Assembly (NCBI GenBank): GCA_907165135.1
Contig: OU015567.1
Coordinates: 8,618,001 to 8,682,000, forward strand
Length of the DNA stretch: 64,000 nt
From: Oikopleura dioica
Taxonomy: Eukaryota; Animalia; Chordata
Direction of reading: 5' to 3'
In this document: piece by piece, positions 1-12,500 of the stretch
Layout of the letters: the number at the start of each line of letters is the position of its first letter
Position numbering within the stretch: the stretch's first letter is position 1
Translations under genes and position numbers: made by a program
The notes under the pieces: model-generated
The model's input: the letters and a program-made list of their open reading frames with translations, nothing else
Told to the model about the DNA's origin: nothing
Database searches by the model: none

Positions 1-951
1 TCTCTATATCTCGGCTGCTCGTAGGAGAGTGCTACTGTTGTGAGAGACGAGAAAAGCTTAAAATTGAAATTAAGTTTTCTCGGCGTTTTCGTACCTTCAT
101 TCTTTTCCCTTTCTCTGCTAGATAATATAAGCCAATATTTGGCTTATCTTAGCAACAATATTATTTTTTCGTTCGAGAGGAAGATCCCTGTGAGAGAAAA
201 TGTCATTGAATATTATTCAACTGGTCATGTTGTTGCGGTTTATTTTTTGCGAAAAAATTCTGAGCGTATCGAACTGATCAGACATAGAAAGTTCATGCAA
301 AATGTAAAACTGGAACCTTCTTTCTTGGCGTTATAGAATTTTCAGAGCAATAAATATTGAGCTTTCTATTTGAAAAACCTTGAGTATTTGGATAACAAGG
401 AACGGGGAAAATGACGATTGATTAATGATGGAACCTATGATAGCTACGTTCAGTTTCCACGTTTGTGTCAACAAAGGCCACCGCAGGATGACAGAGTTTG
501 TGTCAAATGACAGTCCCCACTCTTACAGTCATTTTCAACAAAGAAGTGAGGTGGAACAAAGTTTTTGTCGAGTTTTATTTTGATCGAAAATAATTTTATG
601 CTGTACACTAGCGGCTTTTTCGTGTTTTTCGAGGATTGGTCGTTCTTGTTTTTATTTTGATGTAGTCGTAGAATTGATGGATTAGAAAGAAGAAAACGGA
701 TATTCACAAAAGGAAAACAACAGTTCTAAAATCGAGATTTACGACTGTTTCTCCAGATCTTCTACAGTTTCGTTTCTGAACAAATAATTGGCGTTAGTCT
801 TCCTTGTTTTCAAGAAATTGTTTTTGGCCGTCAGACAAGAATCAGAACAGGAGCTAATCCTCAAGATCTAACGCGAGGTCACTTTTACGAGTGTTTAAAT
901 TTATGCTTAGCTTAGCTCCAGTTTTGAATACGATTTTAATCTGGCTTGGAC

Positions 952-2691
952 TTACTTCATCCTTAGAGTGACTTGGATCTTCGTGAAGATTAGACCAAAC
1001 GATTCGAATAATGGGTCGAGGAATGTTCTGACCATCAGTCCCCAGACTTTCTTCACGAATTCGGCCTAGATATCAATTTACTGAATGCTCGCTACGAGCG
1101 CTAGAATCTTTACCCAAATAACGAAGCCACGGATGAATGGGACGACACACCAAATCGAGCAGAAAGCGAGGAGAGCAAAGTAGAGACCCCACATGATTGA
1201 CATGGGCACGGCCAAAACTGCTGTCAAGATTCTTAAACAAAGTAAGCGTAAAAAGACCTAGAAGAGGGTTACCTGTAAGTCCAGTATTTGACAACAGAGT
1301 AAGATTTGTAAGATGTTCCCCAAATGGTTGCGAAGGAGTGAGCACCGTCAGGCTCGGCGATGACATCGGAAAAGTTGACCTAAACGATTCTTTTGTTCAA
1401 AGAGGCTCATAAATTTGTCGGCCCCTGAAAACTGCCCTGGGAGAGACAATCAAGCTATTTTCGTGAAATCAAAAGAGAAGATGTAAAACATTTTAGGGAC
1501 TTGAACTTTTTCGATAATAGAGAGCGATAAATGCCGAGTACGAGAAAAAATAATGGCTTGGTATGCGGAGCTCATCTGATTTATGGTCCCAATCATTAAC
1601 GATCACTCCTGGCAGAGGATTTAACGATAATGATAGAGACCCCTGCGCAATGATGGTTTTAGCACTTGGCATTTCTGACATAAAATTCTGAGAAAATACC
1701 AGCCAAGGGTCTTCCAAAGCATCTATGTCGGCAACATAGACCCTGGTAGTCTGTTAAAGTTCAGGATTCCGCAAGGTCAAGTTTGTTTACACAATTTAAA
1801 ACGCTTTAGTCAGACTCTTTTGTTACTGTACCTTGATGTCCGGGTGGAGATTGTGCTGATCACGGTTGGCGTATTCGACATCTTTGTAGTATTTTGGTGT
1901 GAAGCTTGGCTAGAATTGAAAATTGAGTCAGGTTCGGGAAGGTTGGTTCTTTCATGGTGAGAGAGAAATCAAAAAAAGCGCATGCTTTTTAAGAGTCAGT
2001 GAAAATTCGTTTCACGAAAAAGTCACTTTCACGAATTAACCCCGTGGCTGACGTTTATGAATGTTGTGTGGCTTGGCGTTAGGGGGTTAAAAACAAAGAT
2101 GGACATTAGTTACAAATTCAGAGGCTGAATCTTAACCAGCAATTGTATGTGTTTGTTTTCCAGGAGGTTAATTCACGGCTTTGATGTGACTTGAATCGGG
2201 CCAAAATTAATGTTTTCGACAACATACAGTAATTATGTTAATTTAGCGTGTGTTTGTTCGAAAGAAGTGTTTCTTTACCTCTGGAAGGGCACCTTTTTTA
2301 AATTTGCATTTTACATCAAGGTTAACCTTGAAAGAAACTCAGTCAGAGAACTGATTCGAGAGAGCGAGATCGATTTTGTTCAAGCGCGATTTTGATTTTT
2401 TGAGTTCTTGAATTTTGAAGCCTAACCCAAACCACACCTAACTAAACCGTGCGGGGGATACGGACGGGTTGAAACTTACCTTTGGCAAAGTGAAGCCCTT
2501 TTTCTCTTTCTTTTTTGGTGCCTCTTCGGACTGGAGAAGAACGTCTCCGGAGGTCTCGGCAACTTCAACTTTCGCCTGAGCTGGGGCGGCTTCGGCGGCT
2601 TTAGTTTGTTCTACAGGTGCTTCCTCAGTAGCAGTGGTGGTTGCAGGGGATCCTGAGCGGGAGTAGTTGTAGTGGCTTCACCTTCCGTCAT
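952..2691 (-). CDS. CAV: Caveolin (paralogue a), 5 exons: 2691-2481, 1909-1832, 1379-1273, 1231-1114, 1065-952
   Basis: Spliced translation ...YKDVEYANRDQHNLHPDIK|VNFSDVIAEPDGAHSFATIWGTSYKSYSVVKYWTYR|ILTAVLAVPMSIMWGLYFALLAFCSIWCVVPFIRGFVIW|AEFVKKVWGLMVRTFLDPLFESFGLIFTKIQVTLRMK* matches the caveolin signature (FEDVIAEP), scaffolding domain, intramembrane hairpin and C-terminus. All introns are GT-AG with consistent phases. Exon 1 (Thr/Ala/Glu-rich) has an apparent 1-bp frameshift near 2645. Confidence 0.93.
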
Positions 2692-4243
2692 TTTTAAGCT
2701 GTTGTTATATTGTTTCTTGTACACTTTTGAGGCGATGAGGTGTCAAAAGGGAAAGTCTAAATTGTTTTCTCTTGAAAAAGAATTAATGGCAAGCTTTACC
2801 TAAAATATTCTCGGGTGGTGAAGGGAGTTATGCCGAACTCAAAGAGTGCTTGGGGTGAGTAGCGCACGAGAGAACCAGAACAAGGGAGAGATCGTCCCGA
2901 GAGCTCCTTACCAGACTTTTCTGAAGCGAGATTAAGCCCAGGTCGACGGGCTCTCGCTGCTCTGGTCAGGTACTTCTGCTTGATCAGGTACGACCACGGC
3001 TCCGGCTTGAAAAGGGGCCCTTTCCAAGTTTTTGTCTGGTAGCTCTTGTGTGTTGGATGTTGGCGATAATCTATTTAGGGACTGAAACAAAAAGGGCTGA
3101 CCAGGTTCATTGGCAGAACGGAAAGAAAAAAAAGGTTTGGGAACGTGTCAACTCTCCCTGGCAGTTTTCCAACAACACGTGGTCAGCGTCAGATTCGGTA
3201 GTACCCACTTATTGAGGAAGAATGTTAAGGTCAAAGGGCATTTCTTCGAATAGTACTCATCCATATGGACCATCCATGAGCGGGCTGTCTCCGGGACATT
3301 GCGGGTTTGCGCATCTCGTTTATGCTTGATTCCAGAAGCCGATTATTTATTGGCAATAAAATAAAATATAATAAAATCAATTTGATTCAGAAAAATAATT
3401 TTTGTTTTAGGAAGCACCTTATCTAACGAAAAGAAAGTTGAGGAATGTACAAAAGTGCGGACATATAAAAGCGTTGGCATTTTTATGAAGTTCATAAAAC
3501 CAAGATCAGATGCGTATTGATTGATTCGCTTGAGCCCTGAGCGCTGAGTCCTTTCAGAAAGTACGGACATCCGCGGCCCGGGTGGAGAGGTTATAAATCT
3601 ATAACGGCACGTCGTAATAATCAAAACTTCAGCGAAATAAATTTATCTCATCTGCGTCTCAATTAAACTCGCAGCAGCTAAATTTTATCACCTGACAATC
3701 ACGTTTTATTCGAATGGATAAAATAGCTCGTTTTCCTTGCTTGGCAAGTTTTACTTTCAGAACTAAGAAATAATCCTGCTTGATTGAAAGTAAGCCCTGG
3801 AAAAAGGTCAGAACTAGGGAGAACGAATAGTTGTCGTTGAATATTGACCTTGTCTTCAGAAACGGACCCCCCAAGCCCATCAAAAAAGAGCAATTAGACC
3901 GTGATAAATCGACAATTCAGAGTTCTTTTTTCCACGCTTAACACTACTCTCCTATTACGGAAATAAGCCTCACAAATGATGACATCAACAAGAACTGACA
4001 CGACTGACGAAAGTAAAGATAATTTCTTTATTTTATTTTTTTTTATTTTTTTCTGGTTTCGAAATATTTTTAAGTTATTTTATGAACAAAAAGAGTAGGT
4101 TTTTTTTCAGACAGAGGAGGTTGACTTTGGTGTTTATAGTTTTAGGAGATGAGGATTTTCGTTGTTGATCTCACTCGTTGTTGTTGTTGTTTTAATTGTG
4201 TTGCGTATGCTGTTTGAAAAGTTACAGTTGTCGTTGTTGTTGT

Positions 4244-5318
4244 TTACACGTCTTCGTAGTTGAGCTTGGCTCCGCCAACGCGTTCCACTCGTTTTTTAAT
4301 GTTGATTGAACTGAAAGCGCGGCCCAAGGACTCGAAGAAGGGATTGAAGACGACTTGCAGGATGATGCCCCAGAATTCAGACATGCAGCCCATCTTGATC
4401 TTGTGCGATCGTTTCAGCGGAGAATACACCCAGACATGAGCACAAGCGACGCAAGCTTTTCAAACGGGTCAAGAATTTGAATTCATCAATAATACGAGCG
4501 ATCATTTGGTACGCTTTGTTCTGATGCCATAAAAATCAGAGAGGATATTTTTTTGACGCTAAACAAGCTCGTTAAACAATGTCAAATTCCAAATTATTGA
4601 AATAAATTTTTCCACTTGACTAACTAATAAAGTTTCCTAATCATAATTAGTCTAGTAAAATTATAAAAAATAGTTGATGAATAATAATTTTTGACCCCTT
4701 GGCGAAAATTAAACCCCAGAAAGCAGCCAGTGGAATTCCAAAGATAAGGGACAGAACTTGGTAGGAGGCATCTTTGAAGAAACTGAAAAGAGATTCAGAT
4801 GAAAAAAGAATTTCTAGCAAGAACAGTTTGATGTGTGGTCTTCTATTGTAAGATTAACTTACACATAGACTTCGTTACTCAAATGCCAGATGTATTTTGA
4901 GGAGTGGTAACCTTCTGGCTCAGCGATAATTTCGTCGAATTTAATCTGAAAATTTTTTTGAAGAAAAAAAATTATCAAAATTTTAGCTGAAATTCTTCAA
5001 GAATGAAAATGAACATACTCTGACATCGTCGTTGAGTTTCTTTGGATCTCGATCTTCAATTGCTTTGAAATCCTGAACCGTCTGATCGAGCCCGGGCGTG
5101 TTGACAGCTTCTTGCGACATGGTTGCTTTTGACTTTCTCTTTCTCCCTTCTCTGGTGGCGATTGAGGAGTATTGCTTTTGTTTTATTACTTTGTTGTTTT
5201 GATAATTCTCGATTTGCGTGCCCGTGGAGAGAAGGGGCTGCTGCTCGTGGGCCTCGACGGTGCTCTGGTCGCTGAACTCTGTCTCGTCACTCCTGAAAGA
5301 GGCCGATAGAGAAGCCAT
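4244..5318 (-). CDS. CAV: Caveolin (paralogue b), exons 5318(or 5120)-5019, 4945-4863, 4782-4703, 4455-4244
   Basis: Spliced translation ...EDRDPKKLNDDVR|IKFDEIIAEPEGYHSSKYIWHLSNEVYV|FFKDASYQVLSLIFGIPLAAFWGLIFA|CVACAHVWVYSPLKRSHKIKMGCMSEFWGIILQVVFNPFFESLGRAFSSINIKKRVERVGGAKLNYEDV* is colinear with vertebrate caveolins (RDPKHLNDDVVK, FEDVIAEP, LFGIP..WG). The start codon is uncertain and intron 3 needs a non-canonical boundary. Confidence 0.92.
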
Positions 5319-7389
5319 CGAACGAGGCCAGAGAGTAGTACCTAACTCAATCTTAGGGTAACCTGACTTTCTTTACTACCACACTCGCGGGCTAACGAGC
5401 TAGGCGACCCTACCTACCTCCAACGACCACGCTGCTCAGCGATCGACGTTTTTTCTGGTTCTAAATTCAATCGCCACTAAATCGATCTGGCGCTGTCTGA
5501 ATTTTTTCGAATCTTTGTCTCTCTGAATTTTTAGAATTTTAGTAAATTTTTATGACACTATAAAAATATTGAAAGAAATATTAAAAGGAGCTGTCTGTAT
5601 TATGATGGGCGAGCGTATACGAAAAAGGATGAAGGTGAAAAGACCAGACGCAAGAGAGCTCAAGAATTCTTATCGCGGCAAATGCAGCCTAGATAACCAT
5701 AAACAGATCGACGACTCTAAGACTTAGAGTCTAAGTACTGAACGTAGTTGGCTTTCTACCAAAAAATATTCAAAAGAATTTGAGCTTTCAACTGATACAA
5801 CTTGACTGTTGCGATAAAACCTAAGGGATTGGATTAAAAAACTTCTAATTAGGAAAGTCTTATATGACTGAACAAAATTCTTGTCAATAAAATGATATAA
5901 ATTATTAACCTAGCGTCGCAAATGTCAGACTTTGTCATTCAGGTTCTCATAGTTTCTTCAAAATGTCAAATAAGAGGTTAGTTATACACACATCTCTCAC
6001 GATAAAATAAAGATCTGAACCAGGGTCCACGATAATCGTCAACTTATAAAGGTCCTTCAGATAGAAACCCTTAACCGGTGTCCTCCATTTCCCCAAGGAA
6101 GGACTGTATGAAGATCTGGTGATACTATACCGTACAGTACCTTTCTGTGGAATTTCGATCTATTCTGTAAGTGCCCAATTGATCATCGTTGGCTAATGAT
6201 CTTGGCCTCGACTTCCGAAAAAGAGCGTCAGAAAAGCCAAATAATTTGGGCCCCATTCCATTCCGCGAATCATGCTCCGTCCCCATGCCAAGAAAAATAA
6301 TAGTACGTCGGAATTAAGAATTAAGAAATGTTCGTCAATCGACGACCACCGTGGGAGTCAATTTTAAAAATATTCAAGAGGTGTCACTTTGAGTTATTAC
6401 AACTGACAGAGTGTCATCACATGAACTTGGCCCCAGAGGAGCATCAGACCCCAGAGAGGCTACACGGTGATGACAGATACAGGAATTTGAGAAGAAAGAA
6501 TCATCAGCAGCCTTCTCAGACGACTTTTTTGCTTCAAGAGACGATCATTTCGGAATTTGGCTTGACGGGTCTCAATTATTTTTAGCGCTGTTTTTATAGC
6601 TTCTGCGATCTCCCTGATAAATTCCAGAGCAGTACTTGTAACCTAAGAAAACCACAATTTATTCCCAATAAAGGCTATCCATCAGCGCTCATAAACACCT
6701 CCTTTCCTTTCTTTTTTCAAAGATAGTTTTTCTAAAACAGGATGGTACTTAAATATCTCCGCGTGTAGTACCAGAATGTCAAAATAATGAGCCCGGAATG
6801 GTTGTGTTTTTTATTGCTGCACAGGTGTTGTTTTCGATTATTCTGATTTGTAGATATTTTATTAGATTTGGCAACTGATTGATGTCATTTGAAGGATGTG
6901 ATCTGATGAACTGGTATTAAAAGCATCAAGAACTCAATTTTGTGAGTTCATTGACGCACTAGTGGTTAGTTCGATAGGCCTTCCTTGATTTCAGTTTTCT
7001 TCAGATTAGGGTCGGACACAAAAAAATTTTTTGAAAGTTGCACAAGGGAAATATACATGAATCGAAAGAGCAGAAGCTGGCGATTCGAATGATACATATC
7101 TCGATGCCGTGAGAGTTGGGAATATTTTTTAAATAATTTTGAAAGTTAAAAAAAAACGTGTTAATTGTACGGGAATTCCACTTTTATCGAATTTGTGTTC
7201 CTTAGTTGAATGACTGTTCCTCGGCCAGAATATGGCCACTCTAGGCCAATTTCGGTCACTTTGTGCCGGAGGACCTCCCGGAGGACCCCTTTGCTGGAAG
7301 AAAATATGCTGGAAGAAGTATTAATTTTAAAAGTTTCCAAAAAACCTAGTCGACACCTAAGCACTTTTCAACTTAAAAAAGCTACGAAA

Positions 7390-8815
7390 TTTTGGAACCA
7401 GCTGGTCATTCTGGCGGTTCGTCGCGGTTCACGCTCTGAATATCACAAAATGTTGAAATATGTAAATCAAAATGCTTCTCTACTCAAAAGGAGTCTTTTA
7501 AAACGGATGTTCGAACCGAACCACTTAGCCTACCGCCCGGTTCACAGCGGTTCAGAGTGGTTCACGCTCTAAGTATCGTCAAAAGGCTGAAAGATGTATA
7601 TCAAAATGCTTCTCTACTCATAAGCAGTCTTTTTAACAAATATTCTAACCAATCCAATAAGTTCAATGACTGATTCGTCGTGGTTCAAAACGGTTCATCT
7701 TCAATTAACGGGGAGCTTCGTTTTTGAATCAAGTCAGAAAAGGGACCAAGCCGACCCAAAGGCAAGTCTCGTTTTTGAATCCAATCAGGGAAGGGGCCAA
7801 GCCGATCCGAAGGACAGGCCAGCTCCGTTTCTTGGATCCAGCATGGGAAGGGGCCAAGCCGGCCAAAAGGGGAGGCCAGCCCCGTTTCTTGAATCAAACC
7901 TGAAAGGACCAAGCCTTGAAGGTGACCTTGGCGCCTTCAACTAGATTCAAGAAACGGGGCAAAGCCAGTTAAGGAAGGGGCCAAGCCAACCCGACGGGGA
8001 GGCCAGTCCCGTTTCTTGAATCCAGTTTGGGAAGGGGTGAAGCCGACCCAAAGGGGAGGTTAGTCACGTTTCTTTAATCAAGTTTGGGAAGGGACCAAGC
8101 CAACCAAAAGGAAAGGCAAGACCCGACGGTCGGCTTGTCCCCTTCCTAAACTGGATTCAAAAAAACGAGGCTGGCCTCCCCTTCGGTTGGGCTTTGCCCC
8201 TTTTATAAACAGGACTCGAAAAAAGGCCTTCCCGTTCATTGAAGATGAATTGTCTTGAACCACGAAGAACCAGTCATTGAACCACGTGAGTTGGTTAAAA
8301 TATTTGTTAAAAAACTCCTTATGAGTAGAGAAGCATTTTGATATACATCTTTCAGCATTTTGTGGATATTAAGAGCGTGAACCACTCTGAACCGCTGTGA
8401 ACCGGGCAATTAGCAAAATGGCTCGGATCGTATATCTGTTTCAAAGACTTCTCTTGAGTAGAGAAGCATTTTGATATCCATTTTTCTACAGTTTGTGAAT
8501 ATTCAGAGCATGAACCGCTTTGAACTCTTAACCGGGCGGTTAGGTAAGTGGTTCTGATCGAATATGTGTTCAAAAGAGCCCTTATGAGTAAAGAGGCATT
8601 TTTGTATAGATATTTAAGTATTTTATGGACATTAACAGCGCGAACCGCTTTTAACCGCTTTGAACCGGTCGGCCAACCGAGTGGTTTGGTTCGAAAATTT
8701 GTTGGAACGACTTGTTATCAAATAATATGCATTTTGATATACATATTGCCGGATGTCGGCCCTTCTAGAGGCTTGAACCGCGACGAACCGTCAGAATGAC
8801 CAGCTGGTTCCAAAA
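7390..8815. mobile_element. Foldback-like non-autonomous element: long inverted arms with internal ~130-bp subrepeats around a satellite core
   Basis: Perfect 24-bp inverted repeat ttttggaaccagctggtcattctg (7390) / cagaatgaccagctggttccaaaa (ending 8815). Arm similarity continues inward to cggttcatcttcaattaacggg (~7691-7712) / cccgttcattgaagatgaattg (~8231). The subunit ggttcacgctct...caaaatgcttctctactca occurs twice in the left arm and about three times inverted in the right arm. No transposase ORF. Confidence 0.75.
7722..8205. repeat. 57-bp GC-rich tandem repeat (~6 direct units plus inverted partial units)
   Basis: Unit such as gaatccaatcagggaaggggccaagccgatccgaaggacaggccagctccgtttctt recurs with 57-nt period. 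Inverted copies lie near 7945-7960 and 8133-8200. The repetitive ORFs 7666-7944 and 7685-7912 are by-products of it. Confidence 0.85.
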
Positions 8816-9583
8816 ATATAGTCTCGATCAATTCAGTGATTCATTAGCTTCAAGAAAAGCTATGGATTGTAATCATAGCACGCCCAGAACAAAAGTTGAA
8901 ATTCTTGAATTATCGTATCTGGTAGTTTCAGTCAACTTTGAGGCGCTAGAAAATCTCAGAGGATCCCCAGATCATAAATTTTTTTCAGTTATGACAAGAT
9001 TAGACACTCAACTATCATAGAGTGTATTTTGAGCGAAATCGATATGTGGGAAAGCTGATAAAAGTCGACTTGACAGACATAAGTGCATTTTTTCTCATCA
9101 AAAATCGACGAAAAAAGGGCGAAGATAAAAAATGATCCGCTCGTTAGTCCAAATATGTAACAGATTATTAAGTGATTAGCAAAATTTGTCAATTTTTGTC
9201 ATGTTTCTATCATCTGTAAAAGAGAAATAGTGCTTTAAGCCTCCTTTTCAAAAATGTGAATTTTTCCATAATGATCTTTGTCGGACTCAAGAAAAAAATT
9301 TTTTTAAGTTCAGATTGAGTTGTTTTAGTAAATTTCATTGCTTGAAATAGTTCTGATGAATCATATCTGGATATCATATCCAATGACAACTACTTATCTC
9401 TTCGAAAAATTAATCGAAATAATTTTTGCCTGAGATACTCACGTTTCAAAATCGAAAGTGAAGCAAAAAAGAGAATGAAAACGGAGACAAGACTGTCGAA
9501 CTGTCAGAGAAAGCAGTAAAAAAGACGAGCTCAGACGAGCTTGAGTCTGTTATATCTTTAGAATTCTACAGAGATAGCTCAAC

Positions 9584-12500
9584 ATGGTTATCGAAGAAGA
9601 AACAGAAGCGCATGCAAATGAGATTGAACAACCCAGAGTAAAGGTGATTAATGCAAGTATGATTTGAAAATATAAAATGTAGTGCATGGATTGCCATTGC
9701 ATTGGCGTTCTCAAGCGAAAGAGTAAAAAAGTTTACTTGTTTCCAGACAAAGTTCTATCTTCAAGGGGCATACACACGCAAAAACGAGACTTGAAGGAAT
9801 GGTAGTTGATTTTTCATAAGCAATGACCATAATGGTACTTATCTAGCAATACATTACTACTCATAATTTATGAGGTTGAACTATCCAGGATAGTCTACGC
9901 TTTTCAAGAAGCCAAAATACGTGGAAAAAATCCATCAGGGAATGAGAATAGCAACGCATGGATTCTCGACGGAGCGTCAGCGGCGAACCTATGTTGTAAC
10001 TGGCTCTCTTTTCTGGGCAACCATTATTCTAATAAGTAAATTTTTTCCATATTTTTTCCGTTCAGGAATTTTTAGCAAACTGGTACTCTCTTCAAATGTC
10101 ACGAGGAGTCACGACTTTTTTGACTTCGACTTGCCATCGAAACTACAAAAAGTGCGTTAGAATCGCGACAATGGACTACTGCGGGCATTTGATGAAGCGA
10201 TGCCATAAAACAGAAGAGTTCATTCTTCCTGAGCCAGTATCTAAAATTGAACATCCCGAAACAGAACTTCTTATCTTCTCCGAAGAAGAAAACGAAGTGA
10301 ATCTCCGACGTTGCCTGAAGAAAAAATTTTACGATCAAGCAATTTGTCGGCATCTCTGTTCGAAAACGCTAGTTTTGGAATCAACAAGGACCAACCCGAT
10401 TTCAAACTGTGAGTCGATTTGTTTTCAATTGACCAAATCTTCTGATTCCGCTGGAGAGGTCTGCCCAACGCAGAAATATTGCTCTGGCGGCTGTCCGTGT
10501 CCTTTTTACAATTGTGAGAAAATGGAGTTCCGCCAGAAAATGGTTCCTGTTTTTGATTTACCAGGGAATACAACAAGCGCCACCATAGCGAGGTCTAATG
10601 GGGACCTGCAATTAATTACCAGTCGCTGGGACGACCGAAAAGATGAAAAGCATAAAATCTTCGAAATTAAACTTTCCCATTATGGTGGTAAGACACAACA
10701 AATTGATATTGATACTGCAAACTCATTTTTACCTTATGAACGTTTTTACAGATAGACCTTGGTAGTACCTGGTAGGTACAGATTCCCATGTTATTTGCAT
10801 GGATTTCGAATTCTAGCTTTTGCAAAAAATCTGATTACTAAAAACGGGAAAGACAACTGGTGCTACTTTTCTCAATGGGGAACATTATTTGGTCGATGCT
10901 ATTGGAAACATGATGAAAATTAAAGAAAGTGGGGAGCCTGCCATTTTCATTCCAAATAGAATAAACATTAACGGAATGTAGGAGCATAAATTGTTAATTT
11001 ATTCTATATTTTAAACTTACAGCGGATTTTTCGTTTTCCACTTTGGCTCATCTATCGGAACCCATCAAATTGAAGTTCGTCGGAAGCATGAAGAAAAAAA
11101 GGTCTTTCCAGTAGTGACCATTTGCAAATGGTTAAAAATTAAAATTTTGATCTTACTGACAAAAGCCTCTTGTCAATAGTTTATTGACAGTGATTTATTC
11201 AATAAGTCTTATCGTTGACTTTTGTAACCATTAAAAGTTCTCCAACCGGAAGATCGGAAAAGTGCTTTTACTACGCCCCAGATTATAATTTGAACCGATT
11301 CGAAGAAGCTCAGGGCTTCATCGCAAGCAACCATTTCAACGCTAAAACATCCTCTATCAGCTTCAAAGGTGTTTTCTATCTAATGAGTGTGAAACTGGGA
11401 GACTATTATGTCAAACTTTCCTCTACCGTTGCTCTCAATAGCATTCGAAAAAGCGAAGAACTAGAGAAAGGATGGAGAAAAAATGAAATTGGGCTGCCTG
11501 CGGAATTAAGAGACTTGGATCCGGTCCATGTTGTCCCATTGAAACGGGTTGATAAAAGTAAAACTTCGAAGGAAATCATGAAATTAAATTTGTACTCAAC
11601 TCAAAAAAAGACAGATTTAGGACGTCTGCTTTTGATTCTTGTCACGAGAAGTGTTACTCTCTCAAATACATTGTATTCAGTATTGTTGGAGGCGGAAGGA
11701 AAGTTTCTGACTCTTGGTAGCGAGTGGATTGGATCCCTTGTTGAATACGAAGATAGATCTAACTGTTACTCCAAATTGTTTTCTTCGTATGACCCCTACT
11801 ACACAGAAGAGTTTGGAATGAATAACGATGAATGCGAATACTTTGGAAACGGAATCGTCAGCGATGACAAGATATTCATTCAAAACTATGTGTTTGATGC
11901 GAAATTTGAAATCGTCTTTGATTTTGGAAAGGGTCAAAAATAATTTCTTGTAGTTCCTTCAGTATTATCAATTTAAACCCAACTGAAAGAACAAATCGAC
12001 GTCGAGTTCATTCAGCAAAGAGCAGACAAGAAAATTCACGTGACCAGCAATCCCTTTTTTGCTTTTCACGACGATGTCTTCCCCGCCTTTGCGAAAAATG
12101 CTGTGTCCCAGCCACAATTTGCTCGCCCAAGCTTTTATCACAAAACAATTATTCCGGATAATTTCTTTTCAGCGCTAGAAGAATTGAAGCATATTTCAAC
12201 TGTTGACTTGAGAGGAGCAGAAACATTTGAGCTCGAAGTAGAATTTCAGCAGCAATTTTTCGAAAGCGAAGTCAAAACTCTTGAGTGGCAGTTTTTTGAT
12301 GGAACAACTCTCCTCAGCTTCGGATGTTATAAAAACAGCTCCCTTTGGATTGATTCTGATTATTTTGACGAACGTTTTCCTTTGCGATTTAATGCCTCTG
12401 AGTTGAGAAAATTTAAATTTTCTTTTCAGTCAAATTTTTCATTTGTCGAAATTTTTGAGGAACAGTTAGAGTTTTATTGATTTGTTTTTGCAAACTCAAT

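Noticed and set aside
468-1500. Initially read as a degenerate Penelope-like retroelement (RT/GIY-YIG-like fragments)
   Set aside because: The 952-1379 part resolves cleanly into caveolin exons in another frame, and the remainder has no convincing catalytic motifs.
2760-3340. Short open frames upstream of caveolin-a
   Set aside because: Two competing frames, neither homologous to caveolin nor joinable with confidence; probably UTR or intergenic.
5715-5735. Perfect 9-bp hairpin gactctaag-a-cttagagtc
   Set aside because: Isolated and short; expected occasionally by chance, with no associated element.
5900-7100. Protein-like fragments on the minus strand (e.g. GMGPKLFG, ALEFIREIAEAIKTALKII)
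   Set aside because: Interrupted by many stops with no consistent splice model or recognisable domain; could be a decayed element but cannot be supported.
7722-8205. Regular repeat resembling a CRISPR array or a repeat-protein ORF
   Set aside because: The units are contiguous with no unique spacers, the context is eukaryotic, there are no cas genes, and the ORFs are artefacts of the 57-bp (19-codon) period.
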